A stretch of 64,000 bases of DNA, taken from Octopus bimaculoides. Taxonomy: Eukaryota. Position 1 is the stretch's first letter. The number at the start of each line of letters is the position of its first letter. The notes below the pieces were generated by a model. That model searched no databases and was not told the DNA's origin. It saw only the letters and a program-made list of their open reading frames with translations. Of this stretch, positions 38,661-51,538 are shown piece after piece. The position numbers and the translations under genes were made by a program. The stretch is from positions 162,602,026 to 162,666,025 of the forward strand of contig NC_068982.1 of assembly GCF_001194135.2 (NCBI RefSeq), in the 5' to 3' direction.

Positions 38661-39574
38661 TACTGTCACTATAATGAAATAATATCTAACATTTCAGCCA
38701 TAGGTACTACAAGCTTGTAAAAATTATAAATTTGGATTACTTAAAAAAATGATTGAACTTATTAGTGAAAGATCATTCTTTTCAATGCCAAAGATCACAA
38801 CTTTTGGAATCAAAGGTTGCTACTATCAGCTTCAGAGTAAAAAAGGAAAGATTCCCTTTATCAAATCTCAATCTCAGCCAAACATTATGGAAAAAAATAG
38901 AAACAAAATAAAAAGACACAAACAAAAAATAATTTATGTTAGAATTTAATAACTATTTCTGGGCTGTGCTAAAATATGAAAGTGGTTATTGGAAGCAGGA
39001 TTATGCTATAGTAGTAGTTACACTGAGATTGCAAACAAAAGAGACACAAGTTCATTTCCCACTGGTTTCTCATCTTTTTATTCACTTCTACCAAGGTTTT
39101 ATGAATTTATACAACAATGCTTTTCGATAATGGAAACACATAATCTGGATTATCCCTAATTCCAATATGAAATACTCAATGGACATGTGTTATGAAATTG
39201 GTACAAAAAAAAAAAAGTGCAGTTAAAGGGATATAGATGAGAGGGGAGTATATGAACAGCTTGGCAGAGGAAATGAATGAGGTTTCAGAGTAGAATCAAA
39301 GCTTAGAAAAGCATAGCCAAAGAAAGTGGCCATCACAGCAGAGGTGCAACTACAAAACTGTGCAGAGTCTCACCCATATAGTTCCAGTTGTGTTCCCAGG
39401 GATGTTTTAGTATATGTTCTGATTCTGAAAACAAACAGTTTTGGTACAGATAAAATAAATGAAGAAATACAAACAAGCTAAAAGAGTAATAGTAAGCTCT
39501 CATTCCCTTATTATTTTAATTGCTATTATTGATATCTTAAGAATTAATATAACTTTCATTACTATTATGATGAT

Positions 39575-39613
<39 letters not shown>

Positions 39614-40557
39614 AGAAATAGAGTGGCAGAAACAATAGAGCACTTGACTAAATGTCTTGCAATGTTTAATTATATTAATTTACATGCTCTGATTTCAAAC
39701 CCCATAAACACACGCACACACACACAAATATATTTTATACACCTATTAAATACAATTCATTAAGTAAACAGCTATATTGATTTCTTACAATGGCACAAAG
39801 CTAGAATTTATATGAGAGAGATCCCAGTATGTCATGGATACTTATTTTATTGATCCTTAAATGACAAAAGACAAAGTTGATTGTGACAAGAACTCTAGTA
39901 ATTCTCAAATGCATACATATCTAGGACAGTGCAACTTGCTATTAGACAAGTACACACATCATAGGCCACATTGAAAAGCAGGCTATTCAACTGATTGGAA
40001 AAGATTCACTACCAATACACAAAAGCTACTAGCACATTGATGTATTATTATATCTATCTCTCGGCTGTTACTACCAGAAGTACTTCCACTCATATGAATA
40101 AGCAAATTGTACATCACCTAGTATAACTACCAACTAAGCTCAGCTGATACACCAGACTCCTCCTTATCATTCCTATTATATGTCAACCTCCCAAAACCCT
40201 GCACTAAATGTTTACATTAATCCTTATTCCCTAGAACTGCAGTTCTCTATAACTCACTTCTTATATTCATCAACCTAGAAAACTGAGCATTAACCACATC
40301 ATTCTCACAGTTAGTGAGGGCTTGCATGAAAACCAATTATTTAAACAAAGATATATAAATAAATACTTTAAGTCATTTACTCCCACACTCTACCATTTCT
40401 GCCATTCTACATATTGAACAGAACTAATATTAATGCTATAAATTGGTCGCTAGTCTCCAATATGTTGCTATCCAATAAATCAACTTTATCTCATTGCAAC
40501 AATGGTACAATTTAAAACCTAGATGACATGTTATTATACTCTATCTTACTATGATCT

Positions 40558-40705
40558 GTGAAGGCACATGGCCTGGTGGTTAGGGGGCTAGGCTCGTGAT
40601 CAAAGACTGTCAGTTCAATTCTTGAACCAAGCAGCATATTGTGCCTTTGAGCAAACACTTCAATTCATGCTGCTCAAGTCCACTCAACTGTAAATGAGTA
40701 CCAGC
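40558..40705 (+). mobile_element. tRNA-derived SINE, head B with a different or decayed tail
   Basis: GTGAAGGCACATGGCCTGGTGGTTAGGG...GTCCACTCAACTGTAAATGAGTACC, similar to the 36746 head. Confidence 0.65.
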
Positions 40706-43700
40706 TGAGTGCTGGTGCAGCCCTCTCTCCCTCTAGCTGTCATACCCTGCATGTGCAGCTGAATGGGGAGGGGGATGAGCTGGGAGAGTGTCTATGTATA
40801 CTCATGACTACATAGGCAACTAAAAGAATTAGAAAAACATAATGCTAAACCATATTCACACATGAGTGATGGCTGGCTGTTCTATGCTCACCATTACAAT
40901 ATACAATACAATATCTACAATATACAGAGGACAAAATTACAATGATCATTTTTTCATCATGGTAAAGAAACCAAGTATGATATTATATAAACCTAATATA
41001 TATCACTAGACTGACATGACAACCAAGTACCTTCAATATCATTTTTTCCTTGAACAGTATTTTTTTTTTTTTGTCACCTATATAAGTACCCAGGTGGTGC
41101 TATTAAGTTAGACATGACCTGCACCAATTCTAGCAAAAACTTATTTACGTATATACCCCTCATCTACATGAAGATATAATGAGACTTTTAAAGCATCTTG
41201 ATTAGTTGTCTAGTATCAATGATTTAGTATGAATATGTTAAATTGAAATATTTAAGAGCTTAGTTAATCTCCATTAATGTATTAAGCAAAATCAGTGGTC
41301 AATAAAGCATAACCTAGCCACTACTTTTCTATTCGTTATTGTTAGTGAACTAAGCCATAAAAGAAGATTATTAACCTTAAATATAGCATAGGGAAGTCAG
41401 TGCACTTAATTTCAAAGAAAAAAATCTGTTAAGTGAGAAGCATAAGATTAGTAAGCTGAAAAGCTTGGCAACAAAAAAACATGTTTGTATAATAATGTGT
41501 TAAGTGTCCAAACACAAAACACACCAAATAACAGCGTTTGTAATGTGTTAAACATAGTAGTAACAAAATAACACATCTATTAACACTGTGTTTACAATGT
41601 GATATGCAAAGTAATAACACAAAAACACATTTCATAATGTTGCAGTGTCTGTGAGTGCTTTTTATAAGGGATCTTATAAATTAGGCCAGGATGAAATTAA
41701 TAGAATGTCTATTTTGGGAGTGTCATAGAATGTCTGTTTTGGGAGTGTCTCACCTTAGAAAATAGGTTATTGATTCTTACTTCTCACAACAATTGTATTG
41801 TCCACCCTATCCCCCATCTTCCACCTTTCCTTCAATCAAGGCACATGCCTGCCCCCTTCAGCTCCAGTTTGCTTGATTGAACAACCAAGTTCTACCTGCT
41901 AATTCAGTTGAGTAGTTAGCAGTAGGGATGACATATAGCTGTAAAAACAACTGGCTGAACAGCTAAAACCAATGGATTGAAGATAGTAAAGTTAATTAAT
42001 TAATTTGCATTAATTGATTAACTTAAGAAAAAAACATACAAATTCTATACTTCAGATAAATATGTCAGGGGATCAGATACTACGATTAATTGTTGCAGTT
42101 TTATAGATTTAAAGGAAGCTAAACTAAAGAAGACCAGTAAAATGGATGTGATGCAGAGTCTTAAAGCTTACCTCAGGGGCCAAGTCAAGTTTGTCAATAA
42201 ACCGTGTTTATAATTGGTTTTAATAAAGTTGAAATTAACAAAGTCAATTTTTCAATTAATTGCGATTATTATACATAGAACAGTTCAATCTATGAAAGTA
42301 GGACATACTAGGTAAAATAAGCCTAGATACACTATGTCAGAATAGAAGATAAGATGACCACAGTTAAAATACTTGTCTGCTCCATGAAGAATGACCTGGG
42401 GATGAAACAACAAAGCTTTTAATGATTTTTATCAGTACCAGCCCAGAGCTATATAACTAAACAAACTATTCTTATCTTAAACATTTTTCTTCCCAATTGG
42501 AACTATATTTATGTCACCTGAATATTTGTAAAGCATTTAGATCTGTTACAAGTTGAAGTCAATAAAATATAGTTAGCCAGTGTAGGAACAGTGAAGAGAC
42601 ATATTTCCGATGAGCTGAAAAAGAAAGGCAGTAGTTATATAAGACCTGATATCAAAACAAAAATTTGAAAATATGGTGAACCAAACATCTGAAATAGCAG
42701 CCTTCAAATATCAATACAGAAATAATTTTATTAATGCTGAAATTACAAAAAAGTATTTGTTAATAAATATGCATGTATATGAATGATAAGTATTTGTTAA
42801 CTATTATTCATAAATGTGAATGATAAAAACATAGACATCATGCTTAATGACAAATGAATTGAATACACAATGTCTAAATGCAATATATGTATATTCCATA
42901 CAAATACAGGTCTGGTTATGCAGATAACTGTGTCACTGCATAGTTGACATTAGAAAATAGAATATGTAACAAAACAAAAAATCAAAAATGACATGAAAAA
43001 ATTTATAATAAACTAGCTGCATTACCTAGCTTACTGCTGTTCTTATTCAGATTAATAAACAATAAATATGAAGATATATTTTTTTTCTCATAATTATTTC
43101 AAAATATCTATATCCTATTTTAAAATATCCAAATTGTAATGATAATAGAATTTAGGACTGAAAATCTGTCAATCGTTTGCACCAGGGTAAACAATATTAT
43201 TCATTGTGCAATTTTTTGTTGGTGTCCAAATGAATAAATTGTTGCTGCTTCCAACTTGTAAGCAATCAACATAGCGTTGGGAGAAGCATATAGTAGAGAG
43301 ATGAAGTCCAACTACTTTGAGGGATTGACCCTAAGATTTGTTAATTGAAATACCAAAACTTAGTTTGACTGGAAACTGAAGTCTCTTAAATTCAAATGGA
43401 ACATCTGTAGGTATGAGAGGAAATTTTGGAATAAAAACATTTTCTTCTTTGTGACTACCTGTTATGATTGGTGCCTATAGGACATGGTGCTTCATGGAAA
43501 TAATAATTAGGTGAGTTCCATTACACAGGTGAGGCGAGCCATTTGAAAATGCATAGGGAACAAACAGACAGAGAGATAAAGAATTTTATAAAGAGAGAGA
43601 TAAATGCTATCATAGTAAATAAATACTACTAATATTTGTATTGTGTGCAAGTTTCCCTAAAAGAATGTTTTTTTTTCTTTTCTCTTCATTTTTTTTTGGT

Positions 43701-43749
43701 GGGGGTGGTCTATTTATTTATTTTTTACTTCTGAGATGGTGATCGAGAA

Positions 43750-43920
43750 CAGTAGTCCCTAAGTCTTTTTGCACCATAGACTACTTTCATGCAAGACAAT
43801 TTTTCTATGGACCAGAGTATCAGTTGCATAACAAAACACAATAAAGTGCATAATATACACTGCAAAAACACCCTTCAGACTGGCCTGATACCAAATGATC
43901 CACAGCCCAGTACTGGTCTA
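43750..43920. mobile_element. Decayed hAT-Charlie MITE (MER1-like)
   Basis: CAGTAGTCCCTAAGTCTTTTTGCACCATAGACTACTTTCATGCAAGACAATTTTTCTATGGACC resembles the MER1/Charlie terminal sequence as recalled; no intact TSD found. Confidence 0.5.
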
Positions 43921-44154
43921 GAATGTATTTATAGTGGGACTATGCCTTAAATAAGTGAACAAATAGCCCAATATAGACCAAAACTTTGAACCTTTCTAGA
44001 GTCAGTCATGTGAGAGGCTGAAATATTTTCTGGTATTAAGAAAAAAATTTTAACTTTGATGCACTTTTGGCTGCAAAATCCTCAGAGATAGTTCTGGCAT
44101 TTGTGTTCAATGTAATGGATTTAGCTGAGTAATTTTCATGAATAGTAATGTATA

Positions 44155-44542
44155 CTCTCTTTTACTTGTTTCAGTCATTTGACTGCGTCCATGCTGGAGC
44201 ACCGCCTTTAGTCGAGCAAATCGACCCCAGGACTTATTCTTTGTAAGCCTAGTACTTATTCTATCGGTCTCTTTTGCTGAACAGCTAAGTAATGGGAACA
44301 TAAATAGACCAGCATCGGTTGTCAAGCAATGTTAGGGGGACAAACACAGACATACAAACATACACATACGCACATATATGACGGGCTTCTTTCAGTTTCC
44401 ATCTTCCAAATCCACTCACAAGGCTATGGTTGGCCCGAGGCTATAGTAGAAGACACTTGCCCAAGATGCTACGCAGTGGGACTGAACCCAGAACCACGTG
44501 GTTGGTAAGCAAGCTACTTACCACACAGCCACTCCTGCGCCT
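44155..44542 (-). mobile_element. tRNA-derived SINE family C (internal CA/TA microsatellite), full length
   Basis: Head AGGCGCAGGAGTGGCTGTGTGGTAAG...GGTTCAGTCCC; tail ...ATGACTGAAACAAGTAAAAGAG. Other copies at 27350-27845(-), 36263-36675(+) and 48728-49678(+). Confidence 0.9.
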
Positions 44543-44824
44543 ACAATGGATAAGTTTTCTGGAAATGTGTGATGTCTGTTTTAGTAGTAGTTTTAGTAGT
44601 GTTAATATATCTTGTTTGAATTTGAAAGTAGATTCATAAAGAGATAGGGTCTGCTTGGGTAGAACTGACATAACATAATATCTGCTTTGGCATGATTTGT
44701 ACGACAGGATGCCACTCCTAATACCAACCACTTTACAAAGTGTACTGGGTGCTTTCCTTTTTGTGGAACCAGCATTAGAGGGGTCACCATGTGTCTCACA
44801 AGACTAAGTGGCCTAGAAGGGTTT

Positions 44825-44974
44825 ACTCAAATTAACCCTAGTACTTATTCTTCTTTTAAGCCTGGTGCTTACTCTATCAATATCTTCTGCCAAACCTCTA
44901 AGTTATGGGAATCTAAACAAATCAAACACTAATTGTCAAGTAGTGTTGGTTTGTGTTGTGGGGGACAAACACAA

Positions 44975-45012
<38 letters not shown>

Positions 45013-47188
45013 CATTTGATGCACACTGTATTAAAAATAAAAGCTACTAATAGTTACTTGCCATTAAGACACATGGTTAAACAGGTTTTTATAACAAGCA
45101 ATCTTCAGGCTCTGTGTACATGGTTTGTTCTATTTGAAAATCAGGATTCAGGTCATGAGAAACCACAAAACAAAATGAGAAGGTTGATGCAAAAAGTGGA
45201 AAGAGAAGACAAAGAGTAAATAAAAATAGAAAAAGAAAGGAAAGAAAAGAAAGAAAATTAGGGTTACATCTCCTTTGACTATAGAAGTCATAATTAAACA
45301 TATGTTCATATTGACCACATAGACCTGGACTTTATCATGCATACAAGAAAATCTTGTTTATTAAGAGCTCAGCATGGGTTAAAAAATCTGATACAGGTGA
45401 ATTGTTCAATGTATCAATGGTATCATACAACAGTGTTGTCATCTGCAACCTTGTAGGGCTCTTTATATTAAATACACTGAAATCCAAGTTCCCATCCCAT
45501 GATATTGGCTTATACCGGGATGATGGGTTTTGAGAATATCTCATGGCTTTGATGATCATTGTCTCAATAAATTTAGGAAAAAAACTAATTCACACCTTTA
45601 GTCAACTAGGCCTCAAAATCACTGTCGCCACTAATCTGTGCAAAGTCAATTTTTTAAATGTTTCCCTGCTTTTATAAATCCTACTATAAACCAAATAAGG
45701 TCTCCTATATACAGAAACAGTCCTGTCACCCCACTATAGTGTTTAAAAACAGATAGCTAACATCAGTAATAGGATATCTAATCTCTCCGCTTCAAAAGAA
45801 ATATTTGATAAGGCAGCCTTCTACAATAACAATGCCCTAGCTAACAGCATATTCAAAGATAAGATATATTACAACCCTTCAGTTAAAAATAGGAAACCTA
45901 AAAACAGACCTAGGAAAATAATATGGTTTGCTCCCCCCCACCCTTTCTCCTTAAATGTTAAAACTAATATAGGCAAAAAATTCCTGGCTCTTTTAGTAAA
46001 CATTTCACAATGAATCATAAATACAGGAAGACTTTTAATAGATGCTTTATAAATATATGCAGCTGCTGTGCCAATATGAAAAACATTATCAATCATGAGC
46101 CTCGCCAAGAGCCCACTCTCAGTTGTAATTGTTGAGCCCTCAAAGCTTGCCCACTTGACCTGTTGTGTATGATAGACTCTGTCATCTATGAGGCACAAGT
46201 CACAACAACATTTCACGATAACATAATGAAAAGAAAAATTACACCAGTGTAAAGCCACTGAATTGGCTAGTCAAATATGGAGTTTGAAGACCAACTACAC
46301 ACCACATACAAAGTGAAGAATGAATCTAAGAAATGTAATTTACACGTAGCTGAAAGATTGCACATTCATTTTAGATATAAGAATTACTCCACACTATTTA
46401 ATTCCACATCCAAAATTTTCAACAAATGCAAGCATATGGTCAAATTTCTGGAGGACTCCACCCTCTTGAGATTGACCAGCTGCCTCATAGACTTTGGACC
46501 CCTCTCCATTGAAATATTCTACAACTAGTTTATTTATTATTTCTATGGTCAAAGGGGATCTGACTCTAATTTTCTTTATTTCCTTTCTTTTTCCATTTTT
46601 ACTCACCCTTTGTTTTCACAATCCACTTTTTGCATCAACCCTTGCATTTTTTTCTCATGGTTTCTCATGTACTAGCGTCCTGATTTCCAGATAGAACAAA
46701 CCATATGCTCAGAGCCTTAAGACTGCTTAGAAACACAAGGCACATTATAAAAATGTGCCTAACCACATGTCTTAAAAAAGCAAGAAACTATTAGTAGCTC
46801 TTATTTTAATACAGTTTACATTAAATAATATTTATCTCTCACTGGATGGAGTACATTTTTTTGTTGATTTTACCTTAATGAAACAGTATAGTAGATATAT
46901 TTGTCCGCCACAACATTCCTCCATGGCAAGATTTAATTTGTGTATACAAATTTAATTTGCAGTCCATGAGAAGAGCTGTTTTAATGATGCGTCCTGCCTA
47001 GCTCTTCGAAACGCCGGTGTTAAAACGGAAGTAGCTGATGAAGTAGAATGTTCTCTATGTGGCTTGTGTGTTTTCTCGTCTCTGTTTTGTTTGCAATGTC
47101 CTGTACCCAGATATGCACCTATACATACAGGTGGATGTCGGTATGCACATACCTGTACGTATATATGCATATACTCATTTACTATTTG

Positions 47189-47246
<58 letters not shown>

Positions 47247-47385
47247 CAGCTAGCTTTTTCTGGGTTTCTGTCTACCAAATCCACTCACAACGCCCTGGTC
47301 AGCCCAGGATTATAATAGAAGACACTTACCCAAGGCACTGTGCAGTGGGACTGAACCCATGATTACAAGCAAGCTTTTTAGTATA
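44825..47385 (-). mobile_element. SINE family C copy split by about 2.2 kb of nested insertions
   Basis: Tail half 44825-45010 and head half 47255-47385 are colinear and both abut (TA)n. Confidence 0.7.
45018..46822 (+). mobile_element. Penelope-like element (Naiad-type RT + GIY-YIG remnant) with ~300-bp inverted terminal repeats
   Basis: Internal 45300-46515 gives frameshifted IGLYRDDG, KVNFL, RPRKIIWFAPP, KTNIGKKFL, CNC*..CPLD and VIYEAQV. Segment 45018-45300 is the reverse complement of about 46515-46822. Confidence 0.8.
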
Positions 47386-48727
47386 CCTTACATTAAAAAA
47401 AAACTAAGCTTAGCCAATAAAAGCTGTGCATTAAGATTGTATGTATGTATGTATGTGTATACACACACACAATGTACATAAGATGTATATACATATACAA
47501 ATATATATATATATACACACACGTGTGTGTGTGTCTATGCGTGTGTTTATAAATATATATATAGAGAGAGAGAGCTGGGGTGGAGACCTTGTCAACAATA
47601 ATTCAATGTAACAAGTTAATATAAAAGATGACAAATGTCCGTACTTCAACTGTAGCTATTTACACAAAGATCTTACTTCTTACATATGTCTTTCACAACA
47701 CATTACCTACATAAGAGAAATATTGTTGTAGTTTCTGTGATAGTAGTAGTAGTGGTGGTGTTGGTGAAGTTAGTAGCAATAATAGAGGCAGTAATAAAAG
47801 AAAGTGCAGTAGCAGCACCAACAACAATTGCAACAGCTAAAAGATTGAAAGTCACTCTAATAGTATATGTGTGTGACTTGTTATAAAGTAGAATGTAATA
47901 TATAGAGAGATTATGGTGATAATAGTAGTAGTGATCGTCATTCATCATGATATTAAAAGTGAAGTGAGTCACCACCATCCAACCGAAGCAGTAATATAAA
48001 AAATCAATAAAACAGTCTTAATTAAATAGTACACCACTACAATAGTCCATGTAATATGGAACTGAAACATTAGCAATAAAATGGTTTGATTTTACATTTT
48101 GACATTTATTGTGAAGACTTTTCAGAGCTAGATATCAAGAGCTATCTAAGAGTTCTGTTTGGTACAGGTTACATCAGCTGATCATTAAGAGTTAAAAATA
48201 ATAAGTAGGATTCCAGCTGATGCTAAGAGTCCATCTAATAGCAGCAGTCTTATTGGTTCTGAAGAGTTCAGTAAGAAACAGTTACAAAAGCATACATGAA
48301 CTAATCTTAAAAGCTCTAAACCCTTTGTGACCATATTTTAATGGAATATATTGCCTGTTTCGTTTAATTTTGAAAACAATAAAAAATTTAGTGGAATTTA
48401 GTAAAGTAACTTTTAATCTTTTTTTTTTTTTTTTTTTTGCTGTATTAGGAAACCAACTTAATAAAAAAAGTTCTTACAGAAAATTTAGGCAGAATGTTTC
48501 ACTTTCAGTATAAGCACTTTAAAACAGGTTTTAAATGATTTTTGTGTCAAAGAAACAAATGCACTTTCAGGTTTGTTGATATCAAAAGGGCAACACCTTG
48601 ATTATACCATCTTACATGAATAAATGAAAAACATGTCTTTTTGTTTATAGGATTTTGAGGCAAAATATTGTTTGCAAGTAAGAAATAGCCATATTTATGC
48701 AGAATATAAAAGTTTAATTAATAAATA

Positions 48728-48899
48728 GGCACAGGAGTGGCTATGTGGTAAGTAGCTTGCTTACCAACCACATGGTTCTGGGTTCAGTCCCACTGCGTGA
48801 CACCTTGGGCAAGTGTCTTCTACTATAACCTCGGGCCGACCAAAGCCTTGTGAGTGGATTTGGTAGACGGAAACTGAAAGAAGCCTGTCGTATATATGT

Positions 48900-48938
<39 letters not shown>

Positions 48939-49430
48939 AAGTGAAGTATATTGCCACTTAAATGTGGCTGACCCCTAGGGGTGGATGTTACTGTTGCTTT
49001 TAGCCCCAGGAGGACATCTCCTCCAGCTGGCTTATCGACACACTTCTGTGTCCTGTTTGTTTTGCCAAGGGAATTTATCCCTCCCATCGAGATCTGCTAC
49101 AGATCTCGATGGGAGGGATNNNNNNNNNNNNNNNNNNNNNNNNNNNNNNNNNNNNNNNNNNNNNNNNNNNNNNNNNNNNNNNNNNNNNNNNNNNNNNNNN
49201 NNNNNNNNNNNNNNNNNNNNNNNNNNNNNNNNNNNNNNNNNNNNNNNNNNNNNNNNNNNNNNNNNNNNNNNNNNNNNNNNNNNNNNNNNNNNNNNNNNNN
49301 NNNNNNNNNNNNNNNNNNNNNNNNNNNNNNNNNNNNNNNNNNNNNNNNNNNNNNNNNNNNNNNNNNNNNNNNNNNNNNNNNNNNNNNNNNNNNNNNNNNN
49401 NNNNNNNNNNNNNNNNNNNNNNNNNNNNNN

Positions 49431-49469
<39 letters not shown>

Positions 49470-49678
49470 TTGTGTGTCTGTGTTTGTCCCCCCACCATCG
49501 CTTGACAACCGATGCTAGTGTGTTTATGTCCCCGTAACTTAGCGGTTCGGCAAAAAGAGACCGATAGAATAAGTACTAGGCTTACAAAGAATAAGTCCTG
49601 GGGTCGATTTTCTCAACTAAAGGCGGTGCTCCAGCATGGCCACAGTCAAATGACTGAAACAAGTAAAAGAGTAAAAGA
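48728..49678 (+). mobile_element. SINE family C copy interrupted in its microsatellite by an insertion and a gap
   Basis: Head 48728-48895, foreign sequence 48941-49119, gap, then tail 49431-49678. Confidence 0.85.
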
Positions 49679-50202
49679 ATATATGCGCTGGGGTATATTA
49701 TGTAATTTTCCTCTCTCATGCACAGACACTATTTATATATAAATATTGACTTTATAAAAGTCATACTGATTTACTGTCAGTTCAAAATGTTTTTAAATAA
49801 ATTATTAATATTACAGTATAGGTTGATATATTTTGAGACCCATTTTTAATAATCTTATTAGAAGATGAAGCATTACACAAGTAGTCTTTTGAAAAACAAG
49901 TAAAAACTTGAGCTTAAGCAATGATTACAGACTCAAGATGTGTTCCACTCACTAAATATAGGGTTTAAAATTGGTCTCAAAAAGTTAACCTCAATATATT
50001 TTTAAATATAACTGAAATATTTAGAAGCTACAGTACTAAGTAAGGATCTTGCATGAACTTGGGAATAACTGCCGTTCATTATTTTACATTCTACTTTATA
50101 ATTTGTGATACATATAAATATACATAGGAATGAATGCAAAATATATATTATATATTATACATTCTCTCTATATATATATATGTGTATATATTGTACATTA
50201 TA

Positions 50203-50778
50203 TCACCGGTCTGGAACCCCTATCTTGCCTAGGATATTAATCATCTGGAAACCGTTCAGCAATGTGCAACCAAGAGAATACCCTCCATCAGGCATTTGCC
50301 ATATTCTGAATGCCTTACTTCCCTGGGTATGGATACAGTGAAACTCCAACGTCTGGCAACTGACTTGGCAGACACCCATAAAATTATTAACCATCTTACT
50401 AACAATAACTCTGAGCATCTTTTCAAATTCCACCTGTCTAACACCTGTGGACATGTTTACAAAGTCAGAAAACAGCACAGCTCCCATGACTTTCGGAAAC
50501 ATTTTTTCACGCTAAGAGTTGCTGAAGCATGGAACAAACTACCAGCATCAGTTGTTAGTTGTTGGAGCACTGCATCCTTGAAAACTTCCATGCTTCCTGA
50601 GATTCGCCAACACTACACCTGAATTTCTGCCCTCCATACACACACAAGCATGTATCTGACTCATACACTGTTCACTTTCCAGACATTTGTACATTACTGT
50701 ATATGCTTTATACGCACTTTTGACAAGCTGTAGTGCACCTGAGCACTGTATACAATAATTTCATTATTATTATTATCA
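50203..50778 (+). mobile_element. CR1-clade LINE 3' end
   Basis: LETVQQCATKRIP...TCGHVYKV...RKHFFTLRVAEAWNKLPASVV is the typical CR1 C-terminus; (TTA)n tail. Confidence 0.85.
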
Positions 50779-51538
50779 TACGAATATATTGCGGAAGTTT
50801 CTTTCTGGACAGGAGACTTCAACATTAATTCAGTTCAAGTCATTGTTGGGAATAAATACAAAATTAATCTGGTTCAACCTTGGGCCGCACTCTACCAACA
50901 TGTCCACTTAAGTTACAAATAGGAACCAAATCCCTTTGGTTCAGCTTTAGACGACAATTTATCAATAAGTTTACCTATTTTTCAATAATAGGTTCAATGT
51001 AGTCTCAGACCACTGCACACTAATCAGTTCACTTAACAGTTAAGGATAAATACTCTGCCATTTCAGTTTAATTTCAAACCACAGTCCATTTGTTTTTTGG
51101 GGTTTTTTTATCTGCTTTGCCACTGAATCTAAACTCTGGATTTGATTACAAACTGTGTGTAATGGCAGGTGTGCACAGACACCATTAAGCATCCACCATC
51201 AGATGGGCATCTTCCTTGTCAATTCTTACCAATTTAGTTATAGATTGAATTAAGATAATAATAATGTAATGGCCTCTGAGATCTGTTTGGAAAAGTAACT
51301 CAATAAATTCTATTCAAGTATTTAAGCATCATAGCTATGTATCTAAACAAAGGAGGAGAGTTGTACAATTGATTTGGTTAATAGACAATGAGAATGAATG
51401 GTTCTATATAAGTTCTATCTAACTTTAAAAATCTTTTTTTTTTTTAGACATTCTCAAATGACATCCAATTGATATAAAATACAAAAGGAGATCAAATGAA
51501 TAAACAACAAAGATAAAAGGGTCTTTTTGAGGTCTCAC

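Noticed and set aside
46125-46140. In-frame TGA in CNC* of the Penelope-like element as possible selenocysteine (some Naiads are selenoproteins)
   Set aside because: The position corresponds to CNCR, so CGA>TGA CpG decay in an already frameshifted copy is the simpler explanation.
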